Shown here: one piece after another, positions 58,197-64,000 of the stretch | Numbering within the stretch: position 1 is the stretch's first letter | Layout of the letters: each line of letters starts with the position of its first letter | Assembly (NCBI GenBank): GCA_977862235.1 | Contig: OZ374559.1 | Span: 1,736,001 to 1,800,000, forward strand | Direction: 5' to 3' | DNA from: Dudresnaya verticillata | Lineage: Eukaryota | DNA length: 64,000 nucleotides | Position numbers and translations under genes: made by a program | The notes under the pieces: model-generated | Database searches by the model: none | Seen by the model: the letters and a program-made list of their open reading frames with translations, nothing else | Told to the model about the DNA's origin: nothing

Positions 58197-61081
58197 CCTT
58201 TCCAACTGTGGGTGCTTGTCCTCCTCTGGATGCTATTTGTGATACCCATATTCCTACTCTGACATACATCCCCAACTCTTTACGATTACCTGTAATCGAT
58301 CTCTATTACTACCTGTTACATTCGTTTAATTCTGCAAACACTTCTCTTCTCCAATACCAGGCATTTGAGCGTCTTCTTGCCACTCCGAAGTTGGTACTCC
58401 GCAAAAATGGTCGGTACGAGCCTCGCAACCGCAACAACCGCTCCTTGCACAACAGTATTCGCCACCGAGTCCATCTGGCCATGCGCGGTGAATGGACTCA
58501 GTTATATTCTGAAGCTCAAGTTGCACATCTACGTTCACGCCTGCCACCACCTCACCTTCCTTCCGTTGCGGAGCTTCGCTTGAGGCGCTGTCGTAATGCG
58601 TTCAGGGATGGCTCCTTATCTAAAGCCTGTGCGATTCTCACCGAGGATTCGGTTCCTGCTCAACCCACAGCACTCAACGCCCGTCTGCTTCAAGATTTAC
58701 ATCCCGCTCCGAAACGCCCTGATGCTCCTCTTGATTCCATTCAGCTCCCCCCTGCGCTTCAATTTGAAGAGGCTGAAGTTCGCAAGGGTTTACTCTCCAT
58801 GCCAAGAGCCTCTTGTCCTGGCCGGGATGGCCTTCGTCCCGCTGTCTTCAAAATCCTAGCTTCTACGCCGGGTGGTTCCGATCCGTCGCGGTCTGTGCTG
58901 GCAGAGCTAACGTTATTTGTTAACCATGCCGTCAATGGGCACTTGCCAGCAGCTTGCCATTCATTTCTAGCTGGTGGCACTCTCATCGGCCTCCATAAGG
59001 CTAACAACTCTCGGTTGCGTCCTATAGCTGTTTCAGTGCTTCTTAGGCGTTTTATCAGTCGAATAATTGCCTTTAAGGTTACTCGTGATCCTGTATTGCA
59101 GTCCTACCTCTGCCCTCTTCAACTTTCTGTACGCGTTTCAGGGGGTGCAGAAGCGATCATACATGCTTCACGCTATTTAACGACTCGACTACGTGACTTA
59201 GACATGGTACTCTTGAGCGTGGATGCTGCGAATGCATTTAATGCCATCGAGCGAAGCTTGATACTCTCAGAAGTGGTACTGCATTGCCCGGGTCTGGCAA
59301 AGTGGATCCATTTTATATACGGCCGTGGCTCCGTACTACACTTTGGATCATTCCTTGTCCATAGTCGATCTGGCACTCATCAGGGGGATCCACTTAGCCC
59401 TCTATTGTTTGCATTGGTCCTGCAACCTCTCTTGTGTCTCCTTCGTACCCGTTTCTCTATGCCTTTGCAAGTATTCTTCGCCGATGATGGAACTCTCCTC
59501 CTGCCTCGCAGTATGCTCGGTTCAGTTCTTTCTTTCCTCGCAACGGAAGGATCTAAGATTGGTTTCCATCTCAATCTTTCCAAAACCACTGCTTGGTGGT
59601 GGCGCCGTCCCTCTCGAATCCCTGTCACTGCTAACGGGTGCCATGTTACTATATCTCACGATGATGCTCTAACTGTGCTCGGCTCTCCTATCGGACACTC
59701 TGCTGGTTGCCAAGCCCAGTTTCACTTCAGACGGGTCAGGGAAACACGTCTATTGGAAGCGCTTCCAACTCTAAATGACCCACAAATGGCCTATCATCTC
59801 TTGCGCTATTGCTCCGGTGCTTGCAAGCTCATCTATACCCTACGAACTGCCCCGCCGCATCTAACATTTCCTGAGGCCGATCTATTCGACCAAGGGCAGC
59901 GAAGGGCATTCGAACGTATTCATCACTCGCTTCCCGACGATTCCTGGACTTGCGCGACACTCCCGCTTGAATATGGGGGGCTTGGCCTCACCTCTACTAC
60001 CACGCTTGTCGAGCTTTCCTATATCAGTTCTGTAATGGGGGTTTGGGATTTGTTCACTACTTTGATCTCGCCTGCCCTTTCCACGTTCTCTCGCACCGAC
60101 TCACGGCCGCGGAGTTTGGCTCGAACCTGTAATGCCCTGTGTACTCGGTTCGGATTATCTAGCGATTATCACTTTTCAACTCTCCTCTCTCGCACCCGAA
60201 AGCGAGGTTACATCCCCCACTTGCAAGAAGAACTCTCCGCGAAGGTTCACGCTCGTTTGGTGGATAATTACTGGCCCTCCATCCGTTCGACTGAGAGAGA
60301 AGATCGTGTGAAAAGGGCCCGACTTCTCTCCTGTGGTAGTTTGGAATCTCGAATGGCCTTTACTGCATTCCCCGATCCACGCCGAGGCACCTCTGTGTCA
60401 CCTGCTATATGGGCTACCATGATCGACTTGCGTTTGGGCGCACCTGTATTTGCGCCAGATCTCCCTTGTTCTGCGTGTCTATCTGTTTCTGGTCGCGTGG
60501 TTTCCCTTGACCGTTTGGGGTATCATGCTTCGACATGTCCATGTGCCCATGGGTCCACTCGTCGTCACAATTCTATTAGGGATCTCCTTTTTTCTTGTCT
60601 CCGTCACCCATCTATCGGGCTTTCTGTCACGAGAGAGCAGTCCTTTCATCTAAAGGACGATCTTCGACGATTGGACTTGGTGTTGGATGATCCCGCCTTT
60701 TCTGATTCATGCATTGGTTATGACCTTACTATTGCGACTCCCTCTACTGCTCGTGCTGTATCCAAGGAATCTGAAATTCCTGCAGGGGCCGCCCAAGTCG
60801 CTGAACGGGACAAGCATCGCAAGTATCGCACTGCTTGTGCAGCACATTGTATTACGTTTCAGCCGCTGGGATTCGACATTCACGGAGGCATTGGCCCCGA
60901 ATGCCGTAGCGCACTTCAAAAGCTCGCTTCTTTCCTGGCCACGCGCCGGGGAACAAATCCTACTACTGAATACCATTCGTTAGTTTCACCACTGGTTTCC
61001 CGCATTCTCCAGCTCACCGCCCTCGCCGTGAATCGTCGACGTCCCGTTAGTCCAGGCCTTCCAGTAGTTATCAGCGGCTAA
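58193..61081 (+). CDS. LINE ORF2, 962 aa: RT, CCHC zinc finger, restriction-like endonuclease
   Basis: LRPIAV, VDAANAFN, QGDPLSPLLF, FADD, LGSPIG, GGLGL, CSAC..H..C, RRHN, RLDLV, YDLTI, ERDKHRKY, GGIG. Confidence 0.95.
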   Translation: MTFPTVGACPPLDAICDTHIPTLTYIPNSLRLPVIDLYYYLLHSFNSANTSLLQYQAFERLLATPKLVLRKNGRYEPRNRNNRSLHNSIRHRVHLAMRGEWTQLYSEAQVAHLRSRLPPPHLPSVAELRLRRCRNAFRDGSLSKACAILTEDSVPAQPTALNARLLQDLHPAPKRPDAPLDSIQLPPALQFEEAEVRKGLLSMPRASCPGRDGLRPAVFKILASTPGGSDPSRSVLAELTLFVNHAVNGHLPAACHSFLAGGTLIGLHKANNSRLRPIAVSVLLRRFISRIIAFKVTRDPVLQSYLCPLQLSVRVSGGAEAIIHASRYLTTRLRDLDMVLLSVDAANAFNAIERSLILSEVVLHCPGLAKWIHFIYGRGSVLHFGSFLVHSRSGTHQGDPLSPLLFALVLQPLLCLLRTRFSMPLQVFFADDGTLLLPRSMLGSVLSFLATEGSKIGFHLNLSKTTAWWWRRPSRIPVTANGCHVTISHDDALTVLGSPIGHSAGCQAQFHFRRVRETRLLEALPTLNDPQMAYHLLRYCSGACKLIYTLRTAPPHLTFPEADLFDQGQRRAFERIHHSLPDDSWTCATLPLEYGGLGLTSTTTLVELSYISSVMGVWDLFTTLISPALSTFSRTDSRPRSLARTCNALCTRFGLSSDYHFSTLLSRTRKRGYIPHLQEELSAKVHARLVDNYWPSIRSTEREDRVKRARLLSCGSLESRMAFTAFPDPRRGTSVSPAIWATMIDLRLGAPVFAPDLPCSACLSVSGRVVSLDRLGYHASTCPCAHGSTRRHNSIRDLLFSCLRHPSIGLSVTREQSFHLKDDLRRLDLVLDDPAFSDSCIGYDLTIATPSTARAVSKESEIPAGAAQVAERDKHRKYRTACAAHCITFQPLGFDIHGGIGPECRSALQKLASFLATRRGTNPTTEYHSLVSPLVSRILQLTALAVNRRRPVSPGLPVVISG

Positions 61082-62684
61082 GTCATTAGGGTTTCCGCTG
61101 TTCGTCTTGCTTCAATAAAGTTGTGATGATGATGATGGGTTCCTGGATGAGTTGAATTTTTAGCGCAGTGTTCTGGAACTCCTTCAATGTGTCCACAGCC
61201 TCATATACTGCTCCATAGCCACCCTGCCCTATTAACCTCGTCAGTTTCCAACGAAAGAGGGTTTCAGAGATTCGCGGAAAACGTGGATCTGCCGGTTGTG
61301 ATGGGGAGACGGTCTTATGCTTCTTCAATTTGGCTTTGGCTTTGTCCCGCCATTTCTTAATGACCTTATTCTCTAGCTTAACGGACTCCAGCTCTGCCCG
61401 AGCATCTTTCAAGTCTTGATACAATTCATCAGTCTCCTGCTTGTACTCGTTTTTGATGGCATTCCACCGAATCTTCTCGATTCTCAAGCTCTCCACTGCT
61501 GTGTTTAACTCTCTTTCTAAAGCAGAGTTCTTCGCGGAAACAGTTTTCTGTTGGGCCGCCAACTCTTCGTCCTGCTGTGAATCTCCACTATTGGGTTCTT
61601 GAGATGAAAGACCTTCTGAATTTTCTAGCTTCTCACTCAACTCACGCGTGAGTTCACGCACCTGGCGAGGCCTCTTCAAAGCGAGGCCGCTTCAAAGCCA
61701 GCAACTCCGCATTATGATGTTTGTAACGGCGTTTCAGCCCTCGTAGAGGGAAACTGCGCTGCTGGTCTTGAGCGATTGATGCGAGATCGGTGCGGCGATG
61801 TGCTTGAGGCCGCTGAGTTCCAATTGATAGCGTCGCCATTCCGGCCACAATTTCTTCCATTTCCCCAGCAATTCTACTCTTCTGTATCAGGGACGGCGGT
61901 AGCGGTGTCTCCAGGGGAGGCTTCTTTTCTGCAACTTCCCTAATGCACAAAGTGCGTTTCTCTCGCAACCGCATAAATTCGCCAGTTCTAATCCGCGGCT
62001 CTGGAATGGGTGTCTCGAATTCCCGTCGGGAATATCTCGGAAGTAATGGCTTGGGGCGGTCGGAGTCTACCGTTTCTCTTTGTTGAGATCGAATATGTCT
62101 ACTCTCACATCGAGTAGCCGAGGCTGCAACCATGTTACCCGTTGCGCGAGCGAAAAGAGCCGAGAGCATTCCTGAGAGTATTCTGACAGACCTGCTGAGC
62201 AGGTTCGGTAGACGGGCAGTGGGAGTACGTATGGTTGCATTTCTATGTTCCATCTGTGTGACTAGTAGATCGGACTTGTTGAAAACTAAGTCTTTCGCTG
62301 AGCTGAATAGTGAAGAAGAAGAAGAGGAATGGTACGAGAAACGGATGGGGGCGTGCGCGAGGGTGGCTGTAGGGCGCAGGTGGCTTCCTGGTGTACAAAT
62401 CGTTCCCTTCGAGGGAAAAGTCCCCATTACCCCCGGAACGAGACGCATACTGTACGATAGCCTAATACATGCCGAAAACTCGTGCTCCTCTCGAGCCAAT
62501 TTCGGCGACGGTACGACCACAGCACCGACCGACGCTGTATTTTCCCCGAGCTTGCGTTTTCTGCTCCTTTGGGAACCCCAGGCTTGTTTTCCTCGCTGTT
62601 TGTCTCTACTTCTTCCCCTCCTTCTAGCGCGACTGTGCTAAGCTCTGCAACTGCGGCTCTGCCGTATTTGCGCCGGCAGCTCGC

Positions 62685-64000
62685 GGGGGGTTTCCTTCGC
62701 CTTTCGTGGTGTTTCCCTCTCTCGTTTTCCCCTTGACCCTGTTTGCTTCCACTCGTTGTTCTTGCCACTGTCGTTTACCCCCTGCCGTGTCATCTTGTTC
62801 GTCATGCCTTCAGCCAATCATACTCGTCGTTCGCTCCAAAATGTCCAACAAGAAGCTTTCGTCTCTCTCACGCATGCCACCGTCGATTTTATTGCACTAT
62901 CCGCCTCTTTATTGGATCCCGTGGTTGATCTCGGAAATGAAAATGCCTTAGACACCTTCCTTCTCCAGATCTCTGAACTACCGCGCGTTAAGGCTCTTAT
63001 CTCGACATTTCAACACAATCTGCACTTTAAATCTCTTCTTCGTGTCTTTCTAAACCTCTCTGGACCTGTCCCTGCTTCTACTGCTGGTCCGGCTGTGTCA
63101 AGTGCAGTCCCTCCGTCCACCCCTTTTGAAGCCTGTGTGCCGCGTTATGCACCGGTTCCTGACTCTGAACCCGGAAGTTCTGCTTCAAACTCGTATCTTA
63201 ATGCTGTTCGGGCGACTCAGAAGCCTACGCCCGTAGGGCGCTTGCCCCTCCTCGGTCGGAACGGGCACGATCTACAGTGTATCCCACCTCACGCGGCTCT
63301 TACGCATAAGTTCGCTGGAAATGTTCATCGTACTAATCGTCGTCTATTCGGGGGAAATGAAAAACGTGTTGTCCGCGTTTCGACTGCGCAAGAGACCGAT
63401 ATCATCGAACATCCAGCTGAATTCCGCCGAGCTATACATCAAGGTGGATTTCCTGGCCCCTGCTCCATCCTTCGCACTACGGAGCCTGCCGTTTTTTATG
63501 TCGTCGCTGCAGCTCGTGATCTTGAATCACTACAGCCAGCATATAAGGCATTCACGGATCTGGCGAAACATGCTGACAACTCTATAGTACCGACATTGGA
63601 ATTCTCGGCAATCACCGACCTTCACACTTCCTTAAATACTGTCGATGCAGTTAACTCTGTTTTCCTTCCGTTGCAAAATGAGATTACGCGCCTGGAGACC
63701 TCGGCTAGTAAGTGGGGCTCCGCACCGTATTTTTCTGCTCCTCTCCGCTCCACTCATGCTTTGCTTCAAGAACGTCTTTCTCAGTGGGGTCATGATACCC
63801 ATCCGTTGCCTCAACCTCCTGCAGACTACCCGAATATTGGTGCGAAGCGCCGCAGGTATATCGGCGCCTATCTTCTCCTGATGCCGACGGTTTCGTCCGT
63901 GTTCTCCCTCGAAATGCTTCTCATGAATCCGCGCCTTCCCCGGATGCGTTACCCGCATAAACTGATCTAGGACAACAATCGACAGACGTCGCAATGATTC
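62685..64000 (+). mobile_element. 5' part of a second two-ORF CRE-like LINE; ORF1 from ATG 62804, frameshifted near 63870
   Basis: CT-rich leader; ORF1 shares LTHA..DF..SA.LL..VDL.N, PVG.LP.LGR.G, GGFPGPCSI, VPT, EITRLE, AP.FS..LR, AKRRRY with 56988-58196. The 5' end is approximate. Confidence 0.82.

Larger units (their letters stand above)
56848..61135 (+). mobile_element. Full-length CRE-clade-like (RLE) non-LTR retrotransposon with two ORFs
   Basis: TSD TGGGTTCC at 56840-56847 and 61136-61143; CT-rich 5' UTR; AATAAA at 61114; (TGA)4 tail; removing it rejoins kinase ...IQEP|KRFQLQSEY. Confidence 0.92.
55812..62520 (-). pseudogene. CK1-like Ser/Thr kinase gene with N-terminal X domain and coiled coil, disrupted by two insertions and frameshifts
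   Basis: IGQGGYGAVY..ALK (61140-61240), QLQSEYNVY (56810-56835), MDLL, HRDVKGGNFL, LADF, GTLLYAS, SRASDLESLGY, LPW, RPDYNGLR occur in canonical CK1 order. Confidence 0.88.

Noticed and set aside
55812..62520. Kinase as cargo carried by the LINEs
   Set aside because: The TSD and the rejoined reading frame show that the LINE inserted into a pre-existing kinase gene.

Overview
Eukaryotic, transposon-dense region; the compact intron-poor genes and TE types suggest an alga such as a red alga, which is inference only. The backbone is a direct segmental duplication: copy A 1-13496 and copy B 15988-51411. Each copy carries a secreted Cys-rich prepropeptide gene, a tRNA-Glu(CTC), CRE/RLE-type LINE fragments and an unknown basic 'X' ORF. 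Copy B has three insertions whose empty sites are visible in copy A. One is a 12.9-kb chromodomain Ty3/gypsy element with 820-bp LTRs, a GCCGG TSD, a -1 frameshift signal and a TATA-driven antisense cargo ORF. The other two are related tyrosine-recombinase (DIRS/PAT-like) retrotransposons with an unusual A-ORFs-A-unique-tail architecture. Copy A ends in a truncated second LTR element whose LTR holds an antisense tRNA-like Pol III cassette. The last 13 kb hold a type I membrane protein with tandem Cys-rich repeats and a decayed X-domain/coiled-coil/CK1-like kinase gene. That kinase gene is interrupted by a tRNA-derived fold-back element and by a full-length two-ORF CRE-like LINE (TSD TGGGTTCC), and the start of a second such LINE follows. 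All calls come from reading the sequence and motifs by eye; no searches were run.
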